A DNA stretch of 64,000 nucleotides from Candidatus Poseidoniales archaeon (GCA_003602475.1 QQSC01000010.1:20374-84373); one strand, 5' to 3'; positions 26,691-35,865 are shown, counted from the stretch's first letter. Program-made: numbers and translations. The notes: a model not told the origin generated them from the letters alone.

Positions 26691-28703
26691 ATGCAAGCCA
26701 TGCCGACATTTGGGCTTCCAAAATTGGATCTCAACCCCTTTTCGACGATGCCGCTTGAGGCTGGCGAGGAACGCCAATTGATTGGGCGAGATCATGAGTT
26801 CCTCCAATTGAAAAATTTCCTCCAATACCGCTCAACCCGCCGTTTGATGTTGGTGGGCCCCCTTGGTTCAGGAAGAACCTCGATGTTGCGTTGTCTGCAG
26901 CCCTATGCAGCCAGCTATGCTACTGTTGAACATCTCCCGGCTCATTCCCCCGGTGAATCGTTATTGGCGGCCCTTCACGTGCAACTAATTGGCAGTCAAC
27001 CGCCTCACCACTGGTCGGAAATGGTCAGGGTTTTGGTCAACGAGTGTGCGACGACATCACGAAGCCTTCCCCTGGTTGTGATTGATGTCCCGGCAAGCGA
27101 CACTTCGGTGCTGAGTGTGGCACTGCGTGACACCCTTTCGGTGCTTGAACGGTTGAACGCTCTGGTCGTCATCGTGTGCGATCACAACGAGCGCCGTCAA
27201 CTGCCCTCTACCGTAACGGGGATGTTTGAGCAGATGGAGCTGCAACCGTTGGGCGTGGAGCAAGTGCTCGAACTGGTTCATCATCGTATGTCCACCTTGA
27301 ATCAGAGCGCTCCAGATTTCAATGAGCAACAAGCCCAGTCCCTCTTGGACGGTTGCGATGGATACCCTCTTTCCGTGGTCACGGCTTTACGAAACGCCGT
27401 GGATTCCATCCGAATGGGCTCACAGCCCCCCAGCAGCAAGTTCAGCACCGGTGTTCCTGCGAAGCCCATGCCTCGGGATGAACCGTATGCCCTTGGGGTC
27501 CTTAGCGGCTCCTCAGCACCTCCAGAGCCTTCTTTTGGCCCGTTGCCCACAGAAGGTGAACATCTTGAAACGGCCCCTGTAGAAACGGCCCCCACGCCAT
27601 CCTCGGAACAAGGAGCAGCCAAGGAAGCCGTTGAGGGTCAACATCCCTCGGTCCCATTGGATTCGTTTGGATGGAACATGGCCCCAGAAGGTGAGGCGTC
27701 GACACCATCGAATCGTGAATTGCAGGAGCCCGCTCTCGGACAGGTTGATGACCTCCCAGCCTCCTTGTTGGATCCACTTGACCCTGAGATACTGGATGCC
27801 TCAACCCCATGGGACCAGCGAACCCCCTCCCCTCCTTCAGTCAACGCACCTCAAGACAACGGGTTTGAATTGGATTTTGGCCATTTGAACAAGCAGCAAG
27901 CCCAAGATGAACCCCTGCTCCCATTACCAACCACCGTCTCGACACCTTTTGTCCACGAACCGCGTTCGTTTCCTCCGTTGCCTAAGGGGATGTTCGGAGG
28001 GCTTGCCCGTAGGAACAGGGAAGATACGCCGGACGAATTGTCACGTCACACGGGCGGCGAATGGGAAAACGAGGGACTGGTTAAGGAAGACCAAGACGAC
28101 AACAGCGAATTCTGGATTGCACCGGGGAGCATGTTTGCAGAACCGACTGAACATCACGTTGAACCTATGGCTCTGATGGAGGATGAAGAAGAGTGGACGC
28201 CAAGTTTCCAAGGCAGTCCGTTGGAAAGCCAAGCGATTGAAGACGGCTTTGTGAGAGGTGAAGATGACAGTCAGCCATTCTCGTTGCCTTCTGTGGCCGA
28301 CAACGAAAAAATCGAGGAAGTGCATGCCATGTTGAAAGCCCTCGTCATGAACCTTCATCCAAACGACTCCTCGTCCCTTCTCTCGTTCTTTGAGCAACGT
28401 CAACAGCCTTCAATGGGTGTCAAGGAGACTCATCCGCTCAATCACATCGCCTTGAATGCGCTTAACATGCGAGAAGCCTACGTGATCAAAGAAGCACGAC
28501 AACGGTGGGTGTCCCCCTCCGATGCGACGGTGCTCGAACATCTTGATGTCAAACGGTCACGGCTGTCTCAGATTTGCAACCGTTTGTTCCGTTTGGGCAT
28601 TCTGGATGCCAAACGGGTTGGGAGATACAGGAAGTATAAACTTACCAAGGCGGCTGAGGCTCAATTAACGGCTTGGGGCGCACTTAAGGAGGCGGTGGCA
28701 TGA
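26691..28703 (+). CDS. P-loop ATPase (Orc/Cdc6-like or archaeal-ATPase-like N-domain) / long acidic Pro-rich disordered linker / C-terminal winged helix
   Basis: LIGRDHEFLQLKNFLQYRSTRRLMLVGPLGSGRTSML contains Walker A, and LPLVVIDV is Walker B. Residues ~245-560 are low-complexity and rich in P/E/D/S. The C-terminus VSPSDATVLEHLDVKRSRLSQICNRLFRLGILDAKRVGRYRKYKLT is wHTH-like. Confidence 0.75.
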   Translation: MQAMPTFGLPKLDLNPFSTMPLEAGEERQLIGRDHEFLQLKNFLQYRSTRRLMLVGPLGSGRTSMLRCLQPYAASYATVEHLPAHSPGESLLAALHVQLIGSQPPHHWSEMVRVLVNECATTSRSLPLVVIDVPASDTSVLSVALRDTLSVLERLNALVVIVCDHNERRQLPSTVTGMFEQMELQPLGVEQVLELVHHRMSTLNQSAPDFNEQQAQSLLDGCDGYPLSVVTALRNAVDSIRMGSQPPSSKFSTGVPAKPMPRDEPYALGVLSGSSAPPEPSFGPLPTEGEHLETAPVETAPTPSSEQGAAKEAVEGQHPSVPLDSFGWNMAPEGEASTPSNRELQEPALGQVDDLPASLLDPLDPEILDASTPWDQRTPSPPSVNAPQDNGFELDFGHLNKQQAQDEPLLPLPTTVSTPFVHEPRSFPPLPKGMFGGLARRNREDTPDELSRHTGGEWENEGLVKEDQDDNSEFWIAPGSMFAEPTEHHVEPMALMEDEEEWTPSFQGSPLESQAIEDGFVRGEDDSQPFSLPSVADNEKIEEVHAMLKALVMNLHPNDSSSLLSFFEQRQQPSMGVKETHPLNHIALNALNMREAYVIKEARQRWVSPSDATVLEHLDVKRSRLSQICNRLFRLGILDAKRVGRYRKYKLTKAAEAQLTAWGALKEAVA

Positions 28704-29752
28704 GTTGGTCCATTGGATGGTCGTGGCAGGCTCCTGAACGCGTGGCAACGTTGGCTGCCTGTGAAGGTGGAGCGGTTGTGAGTTCTGGGCTCAGCCTCAC
28801 CTTCCTTGAGGCAGACCAATCCATTCGCTGGACGGTGGACTTGCCGTTCAAAGCCCATGCAGCAGCTGCAGTTCCCGGCACGGTGGGTGTTCTAGCAGCC
28901 CATGCATTCTACCTTCTTGGTACCCAAAACGGAGGCTTTGTCCACGAGGGCCGTACCACGCCAGGAGGCTTCCTTGATCTTCTTCCTCGACCAGGTGGAG
29001 GCTGGGTACTCGCTTGCCGGCGAGGTCAATTGCATCTTTTCTCCGCTGAAGGACGCGGTCAACGCAGGATGGAATCAGGACCAGTTCGCCGCTTAGTGGG
29101 ATGGTTTGACCGTGAACACCTCCTTTGGCAGGACATGAACGGGCACTTGTGCTGTGGGCGCTTAACCGGTGAGGACCGAATGCGAAAACTCGACGATCAA
29201 CGATGGAGTTGGGTTTCAGAACTCCACGAAGGGCGGTTGTTGCTTCAGGGTGCTGATGGGGGCTTGTGGGAAGGTATCCCGCACCCGTTTGGCTGGGATC
29301 GTCTTGAACGCATTGAATCCTCGTCCGTCGAACCAATGGCTGCGGTTCGTGCTGGTGACGGTTGGTGGGTGTTGGGTATTGAAGGGCGACTTCAAAACCT
29401 CAGTTCCTTGGACGCAGAAACCTCTGAAACCAGCGAATCTGTTCTTGCTCCGACCTACGGGGATTTGCTTGTTCTGTGCACGCCTGATGCAATGATGACG
29501 TGCACCCGAGACGGGTTGTTGCGACAATGGTCAGCACCCCATTTGCGCAACGCCGAGCGTCAAGGTCGGTACAAAGCTGCAGCAGATGCCGCACTGGCAC
29601 GGGACTGGGATGAACGCCGAGTGATGTTTGTTCGTGCGAGAGACGCAGAAGACATTGGAAAGTTGTCCTTGGCCATCGAGCTCTACGAAGCCTTGGGCCG
29701 CGCCGAGGATGTCAAACGGCTCTTGCGACGGCAAAAGGAGGGTGGAGAATGA
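28700..29752 (+). CDS. hypothetical protein, Trp/Gly-rich repeats (beta-propeller-like) with helical C-terminus
   Basis: The start forms an ATGA overlap with the upstream stop and is preceded by AAGGAGG. The sequence has repetitive G-x-W / W-x-L segments. The C-terminal helical region LSLAIELYEALGRAEDVKRLLRRQKE is TPR-like. I recognise no family. Confidence 0.65.
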   Translation: MSWSIGWSWQAPERVATLAACEGGAVVSSGLSLTFLEADQSIRWTVDLPFKAHAAAAVPGTVGVLAAHAFYLLGTQNGGFVHEGRTTPGGFLDLLPRPGGGWVLACRRGQLHLFSAEGRGQRRMESGPVRRLVGWFDREHLLWQDMNGHLCCGRLTGEDRMRKLDDQRWSWVSELHEGRLLLQGADGGLWEGIPHPFGWDRLERIESSSVEPMAAVRAGDGWWVLGIEGRLQNLSSLDAETSETSESVLAPTYGDLLVLCTPDAMMTCTRDGLLRQWSAPHLRNAERQGRYKAAADAALARDWDERRVMFVRARDAEDIGKLSLAIELYEALGRAEDVKRLLRRQKEGGE

Positions 29753-30045
29753 CCGAAGGCTCTACCGTGACCCTCGAGAAAATCAACCATTACCTCGATG
29801 TTACTCGTCGTGCCCGGGAAAAAGCCACCCCTCTTGTGAAGGCGGGGAGTCCGGAGGACGCCCACCTCAGCGTGATGCTCCGAATGGCCGATGACTACGC
29901 CTCCGATGCTGCTCATTTCGCTCGTAATGGGGACCTTGTCAGAGCCTTTGGGGCCATCAACTACGCTCACGCATGGATTGATGCCGGAGTAAAAATTGGA
30001 TGGCTTGACGGCCACGGTGATGACGTGTTGTTCACGCTTCCTTGA
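29749..30045 (+). CDS. DUF357-family protein
   Basis: The start forms an ATGA overlap with the upstream stop and an AGGAGGGTGGAG SD lies upstream. DDYASDAAHFARNGDLVRAFGAINYAHAWIDAGVKIGWLD matches my recollection of the conserved archaeal DUF357 core. Confidence 0.7.
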   Translation: MTEGSTVTLEKINHYLDVTRRAREKATPLVKAGSPEDAHLSVMLRMADDYASDAAHFARNGDLVRAFGAINYAHAWIDAGVKIGWLDGHGDDVLFTLP

Positions 30046-30050
30046 CGGTT

Positions 30051-30425
30051 CTATAGCGAGTCAACTAGGTGAAGGAACGAACCTCGCTTCACTTCGAGGA
30101 CCGGAAGATTGGCCTCGAACAACCGGCGTTTCAGCCCTCTGTCAACGGTGAGTGTGCAACACTTCCGTTCCAATGCCATCTCAAACAGGATGTCATCGGT
30201 GTGGCCTTCCTTGGAGGGTACAAGGGTGGATCGTGACAGCAGCAAGGGCATGAGGAGACCCTTGCGCATTGGGCGATCAGCGTTGAGTTGGTTCAGCTCC
30301 GCCAGAACGGAGGTGGGCAACAGCCATGTGGTTGGCCCCAAAACAGCGTCGAGCTGAGCATCCATGTTGAGTTGAGCGTCCACACATGCCGCCCATCCAC
30401 AGGCGTCAATCAGGATTTCCTTCAT
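30051..30425 (-). CDS. PIN-domain nuclease (Fcf1/COG1412-like)
   Basis: Four acidic PIN positions are present: LIDACG, VLAELNQL, GHTDDIL and TVDRGLKRRL. It lies directly downstream of aIF2gamma, a conserved euryarchaeal neighbourhood. Confidence 0.75.
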   Translation of the reverse strand: MKEILIDACGWAACVDAQLNMDAQLDAVLGPTTWLLPTSVLAELNQLNADRPMRKGLLMPLLLSRSTLVPSKEGHTDDILFEMALERKCCTLTVDRGLKRRLFEANLPVLEVKRGSFLHLVDSL

Positions 30426-30434
30426 GGGTCGGCC

Positions 30435-31673
30435 TCACACGATGGTGCCGTACCCGATGAGTCGCCAACGTGAACCGACTCGTCTTGAGATGGAGATGCG
30501 CTGCCCAATATCTGCGCATATGGGGAGTCGCAAATCGAGATTAGTTCTCGTTTTCTCAGCGTTTCTGGTCACACCAACAGAGGTTGCTGTGGCCACGTTG
30601 ACCATGAGCATCTCGTTGTTCCGCAAGGGCTGAATTTTCTCTGGTGCTTCACCATCACCGCTGACCATGTGAGACATCAGGTTAACGCTGACATTCATGC
30701 TGGTGTGCACGTCCGGTAGTTCCCCCTCGCGGGCGACGACTTGCCCGGACAGGTTGTCGGCGGTGGTGATGGACGGGTCAAGGAAGGTGGCCATCCCACA
30801 CAATCCTCCAGCGTGCATTGTTTCGAGGTTCAAGCCGCCTCCTTGCATGCTGCTGACGACGGCGTGAATGGGCTCCCATTCGGATTTGTTGCCTTTCTCG
30901 ATTTTTCGACCAGGGCCAATCACCACAGCGTCGCCTTCTTTGAATTCGCCTTCGACGATGCTTCCACCGATGACGCCACCGCGCAACTTGGTGGGGCGTG
31001 TGCCGGGCCGATTGATGTCGAACGACCGTGCAATGTGCATGATGGATCGTCGGTCACCCGTGCGATCGGGTGTAAGGATGGTGTGCTCAATCGCTTCGAT
31101 CAAGATGTCGAGGTTTACATCGTGGTGAGCCGATACGGGGATGATCGGTGCCTTCTCAGCAATGGTGCCCTTCAAGAACTCTTGAATTTCTTGATGAGAT
31201 TCAAGTGCCCGTTCTCTTGAGACGATGTCAATTTTGTTCTGGACAACAACGATGTTCTCGATGCCAGCGATTTCCAGGGCCATCAGGTGCTCACGAGTTT
31301 GGGGCTGAGGGCACGTTTCGTTGGCAGCCACCATCAACATGGCACCGTCCATGATCGATGCTCCCGTGATCATGATGGCCATCAGCGTCTCGTGACCTGG
31401 TGCGTCGACAAACGAAACGACGCGCTGGAGTTCTTCAGCCACATCTTCGCCGCCCTCAGGGCGCTTACCGGTGGCGTAATACTGACCGTTGTTGTCCTTG
31501 TAGAACGCCGTATCTGCGTAACCAAGTTTGATGGAGATGCCACGCTTCCGTTCTTCGGAATGGGTGTCGGTCCAAACGCCCGATAGGGCTTGGGTCAACG
31601 TGGTTTTTCCGTGGTCGACATGGCCAACAAGGCCGATGTTCACTTCGGGTTGGGCTGGAAGCTTTCGTGCCAT
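30435..31673 (-). CDS. eif2g: translation initiation factor aIF2 gamma subunit
   Basis: The ATG at 31673 gives MARKLPAQPEVNIGLVGHVDHGKTTL (G1). DAPGHE (G3) and NKID (G4) are present. The longer ORF to 31715 would overlap the rps6e stop. Confidence 0.97.
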   Translation of the reverse strand: MARKLPAQPEVNIGLVGHVDHGKTTLTQALSGVWTDTHSEERKRGISIKLGYADTAFYKDNNGQYYATGKRPEGGEDVAEELQRVVSFVDAPGHETLMAIMITGASIMDGAMLMVAANETCPQPQTREHLMALEIAGIENIVVVQNKIDIVSRERALESHQEIQEFLKGTIAEKAPIIPVSAHHDVNLDILIEAIEHTILTPDRTGDRRSIMHIARSFDINRPGTRPTKLRGGVIGGSIVEGEFKEGDAVVIGPGRKIEKGNKSEWEPIHAVVSSMQGGGLNLETMHAGGLCGMATFLDPSITTADNLSGQVVAREGELPDVHTSMNVSVNLMSHMVSGDGEAPEKIQPLRNNEMLMVNVATATSVGVTRNAEKTRTNLDLRLPICADIGQRISISRRVGSRWRLIGYGTIV

Positions 31674-31711
31674 GCTCCCATCCCCGTGTGTTCTCGACGA
31701 CCCTCTCGGGT

Positions 31712-32188
31712 TCACTCCGCTGCGTTTTCGTCACCGGAAGAGAGGATGGTGGCCAGGTCTTTGTTACCGGTCTCAACCACCTTCAGATTGATCTGTCGAG
31801 TGTCTTGGGTGATGGTGTTGCCACGGAAGTTTCGTCGGCGTCGTAGACCTTCGGGCTTGTATCGAAATCGCTTCTTTTCAGCACCTTTTTTCTTGTGGAC
31901 AACCACTTGACCCTTGTAACCGGTGGATTGGGTGACGAGGATGGATTGTCGGGAACCGCCTTCAAGATCACGGCGGAGAGGGGTGCCGGTCTTGTCTGAC
32001 CCGCCGGTAATCTCCAGTTTGTAACCGCTCAGGGTTTGTTCACCTTCGCCAACGAAGATACCATCAACAACGTCCCCAATGCGCTTTCCGAGCAATTGGG
32101 CGTGGTTGTTACCGGCGATTTTCAACGAATAGGATTTACCGCCGTTCTTGGGGTTGGTGTCGTTCACCACTGCAACGAATTCAGCCAT
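31712..32188 (-). CDS. rps6e: 30S ribosomal protein S6e
   Basis: Contains LLGKRIGDVVDGIFVG, YKLEITGGSDKTGTPLRRDLEG and a basic C-terminal half, typical of S6e. Confidence 0.95.
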   Translation of the reverse strand: MAEFVAVVNDTNPKNGGKSYSLKIAGNNHAQLLGKRIGDVVDGIFVGEGEQTLSGYKLEITGGSDKTGTPLRRDLEGGSRQSILVTQSTGYKGQVVVHKKKGAEKKRFRYKPEGLRRRRNFRGNTITQDTRQINLKVVETGNKDLATILSSGDENAAE

Positions 32189-32257
32189 ATCAGCACCTCT
32201 TAGGGTTTGTCCGAATCGCGACCCGTATTTAGCCCCATCGTCTCCAACTCAGAGGCT

Positions 32258-33466
32258 TCACCGTCGCTGCAATCGCTTGGGCAACAACAATTCCAACCGT
32301 CCTGCGATGTCGCTGGGCAGGAGATTGGGCATGCTGAGGTGTGTTGTTCGTCCTCGGCCGCCCTCGACCGTGGCCACATGAGAATCCACAATCCCCTCTT
32401 GCACGAGGGTCTTCACGTACTTCCACAAGGTGGTGTGACTCTTCGGTTTCTGTTCGTATTCTTCACAAACCACCTGGTAAAGACCTTCCACATCGCCCAT
32501 GGTCATGCGTTCCTGGTTTCGCAGGCGACGGCACATGGCCAGCAAAGCAAGCATGACCTGAGCGTTCAAGTCGTCAACCACCTCAAGCCGGTCTCCGACG
32601 TAAACAGAGCCGCTGCTGGCAACCACCTCGTTGATGTCCTGGACGGAAATCTCTGGCACGGTGTGTTCGTCTTGTCGGGCTTCACAACGTTCGGCAGCGT
32701 TGTTGAGCACCTCGATCACGCGACGGGCATCCCCGCTTGGCTCGGCCTTCTTAGCGATGAGGCTGAGCATCTCATCGGTCCATGATCCGGGTGATAATGC
32801 AGCCATGGCCCGTTGCCGGGCGATGGCTTCCAAGCCTTCGAGGTCGTAGCGTGGTACTCGGAGATGATTTGATTGGCCAAATTTGGAAATGACGGCCGTC
32901 TCGAGAACATCAAGCACCTGTTCTTGACTGACGAGGATGAGCGACACGCTCCCTGAGCCTTCCTGGTCTTCGTCGATGCGGAGAAGTTGGTACAGCAACT
33001 CGTCTCCCGACCGCCGCAGCATGTGGTCCACTTCGTCGAGCACCACCACGAGATGAGTGCCGTTTCTCCTGATCATTTTACGAACGCTGAGGAGCAATTC
33101 GCCCAACGATAACCCTCTGTCCGGGTGGCCAGGGTCAAATTGATGGAGAATGCGTTGGGCAACCCGCATGCTCGTCGATGCGTTTCGACAGTTGACATGG
33201 ACGGTTTTCAAACTGCGTTTGCCCGAGAGATGCCGCTGCAGGTCGCGGCAGAATGTTTTGGCCAGCACTGTTTTGCCGCTGCCGACAGGGCCTGTGATGA
33301 TCGCTCGTGCAGCTCCACCTGGGGAGGCGACGGCACTGAACTTGCTTGCCAACGCTCGCTGCAAAGACTCCCTGCCGACCAATTCATCGGGGACATGGTC
33401 ATAGTCAAGCGGTTCGGGGTCGGTGATGACCAAACCCGCTCCGATTCGGTCGAGATAGCCCGTCAT
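32258..33466 (-). CDS. cdc6: Orc1/Cdc6 replication initiator
   Basis: YDHVPDELVGRESL and ITGPVGSGKTVLAKTF (Walker A) are present, with LVVVLDEVD (Walker B) and a C-terminal winged helix. The ORF opens at TTG 33487. The ATG at 33466 has a TATA-like TTTTAGAA (complement of 33492..33499) about 26-33 nt upstream. Confidence 0.95.
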   Translation of the reverse strand: MTGYLDRIGAGLVITDPEPLDYDHVPDELVGRESLQRALASKFSAVASPGGAARAIITGPVGSGKTVLAKTFCRDLQRHLSGKRSLKTVHVNCRNASTSMRVAQRILHQFDPGHPDRGLSLGELLLSVRKMIRRNGTHLVVVLDEVDHMLRRSGDELLYQLLRIDEDQEGSGSVSLILVSQEQVLDVLETAVISKFGQSNHLRVPRYDLEGLEAIARQRAMAALSPGSWTDEMLSLIAKKAEPSGDARRVIEVLNNAAERCEARQDEHTVPEISVQDINEVVASSGSVYVGDRLEVVDDLNAQVMLALLAMCRRLRNQERMTMGDVEGLYQVVCEEYEQKPKSHTTLWKYVKTLVQEGIVDSHVATVEGGRGRTTHLSMPNLLPSDIAGRLELLLPKRLQRR

Positions 33467-33544
33467 GGTAAGGTAGGCTCTTGTCAACCGTTCTAAAACA
33501 TGTGGCCGCGCTCGTCCTTCTCCAAGGTCGTTCGGTGGGCTATG

Positions 33545-34684
33545 TCAAGGGATTTCATCAAACTGGTATCCCAATTCCCACTGCTTTTCACCGAGAGCAA
33601 CTTCCAGTTCAAACGGTGTGATGAGCGGTTTTCGATACTTCACGGCGTCGTCGATGGCAATACGAGGGCAGGCGGTGTTGACAAAAGCGTCCACAGGGTA
33701 GAAGTCAATCAACTCGGGACCGACGTGCTCCAGGGCCAACAAGTACCCTTTCTTGCCGTGTTTGGCAAGCATTCGTTTCATTCTCAACGCCAGTGTCCGG
33801 CGCATTTGTCCGGGCTTTTCACCGATGAGAATGCCAAATGTGTTGGCCTCCTGAACGCTCATGATGAGGCCAAAGCGCTGTCGAAGGATACGTTCAATTC
33901 GTTCCAATGACATCTCCTCTGCGTCCCCGGTGTAGGGGTCGAGCATGGCCAGGGGTTTTCCAGTGTGGAGCACCAAGCCAATCGGATGGAAATCTCCGCT
34001 CCCCAGGAACAGGTAGTGGCCGATGCTCGGGTCGTCACCGGAATAATTGCAGCCCAGCACTTGCCCGGGGAACGAAAGGCGAGCCCCGCCGATGGGAATG
34101 GTGACGTCGTATCCTGCCTTTTCCAAACGGTCGTGGTATTCCGGCAGGAGATGGAGGTGTTGAATGGAACCGACCAGGCCGAGTTTGGTGTCGGTGAGTG
34201 GAGCCATACGGCCCACCGCATCCATGAATCGCTCTTGGGCTTCCTCCTCGCTCAAATTCGTGGGTGCTGATTGACCTTCCAATCGTTGCTTTGCCATTGC
34301 TCGATGTTGTTCAAGCCAAGGCAGAACAGGTTGGAGTTCAGGATCACCGTCATAGGTGACGTTGATGAATTGGGTTGGCATTCCAGAATCAATGTTCATC
34401 TGAGAATGACCCATGTGAGCCACCAACTCCACTCCCATCAACTGCATCTTGTCGTGAACAAGGTCACAAGCCCCGTAGCAGGGGTCGGCAGCCAAGACCA
34501 CTTGGGCGCTGGTGTCGGTTTCAATGGTGTCCATCATTTCCAGGGCTTGCATTTTCAGCCCCTCGGGGACTTGAAGGGCGATGAGGCGATGATCGTTGGT
34601 GCGAATTCGCTCCATCAATTCCTCCAACTCGAAGTCGTGTCGGTCCAGATCCATGGTGCTCCCTGTGTGTTGCCCGTCGCCCAT
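33545..34684 (-). CDS. dph2: diphthamide biosynthesis enzyme Dph2 (2-(3-amino-3-carboxypropyl)histidine synthase)
   Basis: Contains IALQVPEGLK, LAADPCYGACD and NTACPRIA, with three Cys-containing segments typical of archaeal radical-SAM Dph2. Confidence 0.9.
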   Translation of the reverse strand: MGDGQHTGSTMDLDRHDFELEELMERIRTNDHRLIALQVPEGLKMQALEMMDTIETDTSAQVVLAADPCYGACDLVHDKMQLMGVELVAHMGHSQMNIDSGMPTQFINVTYDGDPELQPVLPWLEQHRAMAKQRLEGQSAPTNLSEEEAQERFMDAVGRMAPLTDTKLGLVGSIQHLHLLPEYHDRLEKAGYDVTIPIGGARLSFPGQVLGCNYSGDDPSIGHYLFLGSGDFHPIGLVLHTGKPLAMLDPYTGDAEEMSLERIERILRQRFGLIMSVQEANTFGILIGEKPGQMRRTLALRMKRMLAKHGKKGYLLALEHVGPELIDFYPVDAFVNTACPRIAIDDAVKYRKPLITPFELEVALGEKQWELGYQFDEIP

Positions 34685-34713
34685 GCCTCATGAAGGCACC
34701 CATGCTCAATCGC

Positions 34714-35283
34714 TCATTCGACAACGATGCGTTCTCCATCCATTCGTAGGGTCACCAAGGAGGAAAACATCACGTTCGGGTGCCGTTCACGAAGCCGATT
34801 TAACCCGTCTCCCTTTTCCACCACCGTCACGACGTGAACAACTTGAGCTCCCGCCCGCTTCACGCCGTCCAACACGGCTTCCAGTGTGCCCCCGGTTGAA
34901 ACCACGTCGTCAACGATGAGGAGACGTTCGCCCGGTTGGATGTCGTTGAGGTACATGGCCCCAGAGGAGTACCCAGTTGCTTGATCGATGACGACTTCCC
35001 CTTCCATCCCATAAGCGCGCTTTCTGGCAACGACCATGGGGCGTCCATGTTGGAGGCTGAGGGGGGTGGTGAGTGGCAACCCCATCGCTTCGATGCCGAG
35101 CAGCAAATCGACGGTGTTCCAATCGACCAGGTCACTCACAAGTTCCATGATGGCCTCCGTGACGTTTGGGTCCATTCTCGGGACACCGTCGGTGATGGGA
35201 TGGACGAAGTAGGGGTAACCCTCTTTCCAAATGACGGGAGCGTTCGCTAAACTTGCTTTGAGCCGACTCAAGGCGTCCTTCAT
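34714..35283 (-). CDS. hpt: archaeal-type hypoxanthine/guanine phosphoribosyltransferase
   Basis: The ATG at 35283 gives MKDALSRLKASLANAPVIWKEGYPYFVHPITDGVP. Also present are EAMGLPL, RKRAYGMEGE, TGYSSG and the PRPP motif LLIVDDVVSTGGT. The ORF opens at TTG 35301. Confidence 0.85.
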   Translation of the reverse strand: MKDALSRLKASLANAPVIWKEGYPYFVHPITDGVPRMDPNVTEAIMELVSDLVDWNTVDLLLGIEAMGLPLTTPLSLQHGRPMVVARKRAYGMEGEVVIDQATGYSSGAMYLNDIQPGERLLIVDDVVSTGGTLEAVLDGVKRAGAQVVHVVTVVEKGDGLNRLRERHPNVMFSSLVTLRMDGERIVVE

Positions 35284-35325
35284 GAGGCCCTTGGAGGCCA
35301 AGCGCCCTATGATTGTTGATGCTGC

Positions 35326-35751
35326 TTACAACTCGGCAAGGTATTCCACGTATTCTTCGTGGTCCATCAGGTTCTCCAAGAGTTGCTTGTCGTCGGGGTC
35401 CATTTGGAGGGCGTGAGGTTCAAGCAAAATGATCCAGCCGTCGTTGTAGGCTGACTCGTTCACCAAATCAGGTGAGATTTCAACTTCGCCGTTCACATCG
35501 GAGACGATGCCGGAAAAGGGCGAGACGAGCGAGACTTTCTCGTCTGCTGTCCACAAGGAGAAGAGGCTTCCTCCCTCATCGACCTCGGTGTCTGCTTGAG
35601 GGAGAATCACGCGAAGCACATCGCCGATTTCGACACGAATGAATTCACTCACGCCAATCATCAGTTTCGTTTCTTTTTGTTGAAACCACAAGTGGCCTGT
35701 TGAATACATTCGGTCTTGAGCAATAACGAATTCGTCGTAGTCGTCGTCCAT
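35326..35751 (-). CDS. GcvH-like (glycine cleavage H fold) protein, lipoyl-lysine position not conserved
   Basis: YSTGHLWF, IGVSEFIRVEIGDV, SPFSGIVSDVNGEV and LVNESAYNDGWIILLEP parallel GcvH. The canonical E-S-V-K lipoylation motif aligns to W-T-A-D. Confidence 0.75.
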   Translation of the reverse strand: MDDDYDEFVIAQDRMYSTGHLWFQQKETKLMIGVSEFIRVEIGDVLRVILPQADTEVDEGGSLFSLWTADEKVSLVSPFSGIVSDVNGEVEISPDLVNESAYNDGWIILLEPHALQMDPDDKQLLENLMDHEEYVEYLAEL

Positions 35752-35865
35752 GGTCCTGCCTCAAACGCGCCTCACTGATGGGGTATATGAATGCTGAGGA
35801 AGTTCGGTGCATCGGTGAATGAAACGGGTTAAGAAAGTCGGCTTGTTGGGTCGTTTGGGGAGACC

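Noticed and set aside
32189-33544. Replication origin flanking orc1/cdc6
   Set aside because: The flanking intergenic spacers are only ~70-80 nt and show no ORB-like repeats or AT-rich unwinding element. I kept this as a low-interest finding rather than a feature.
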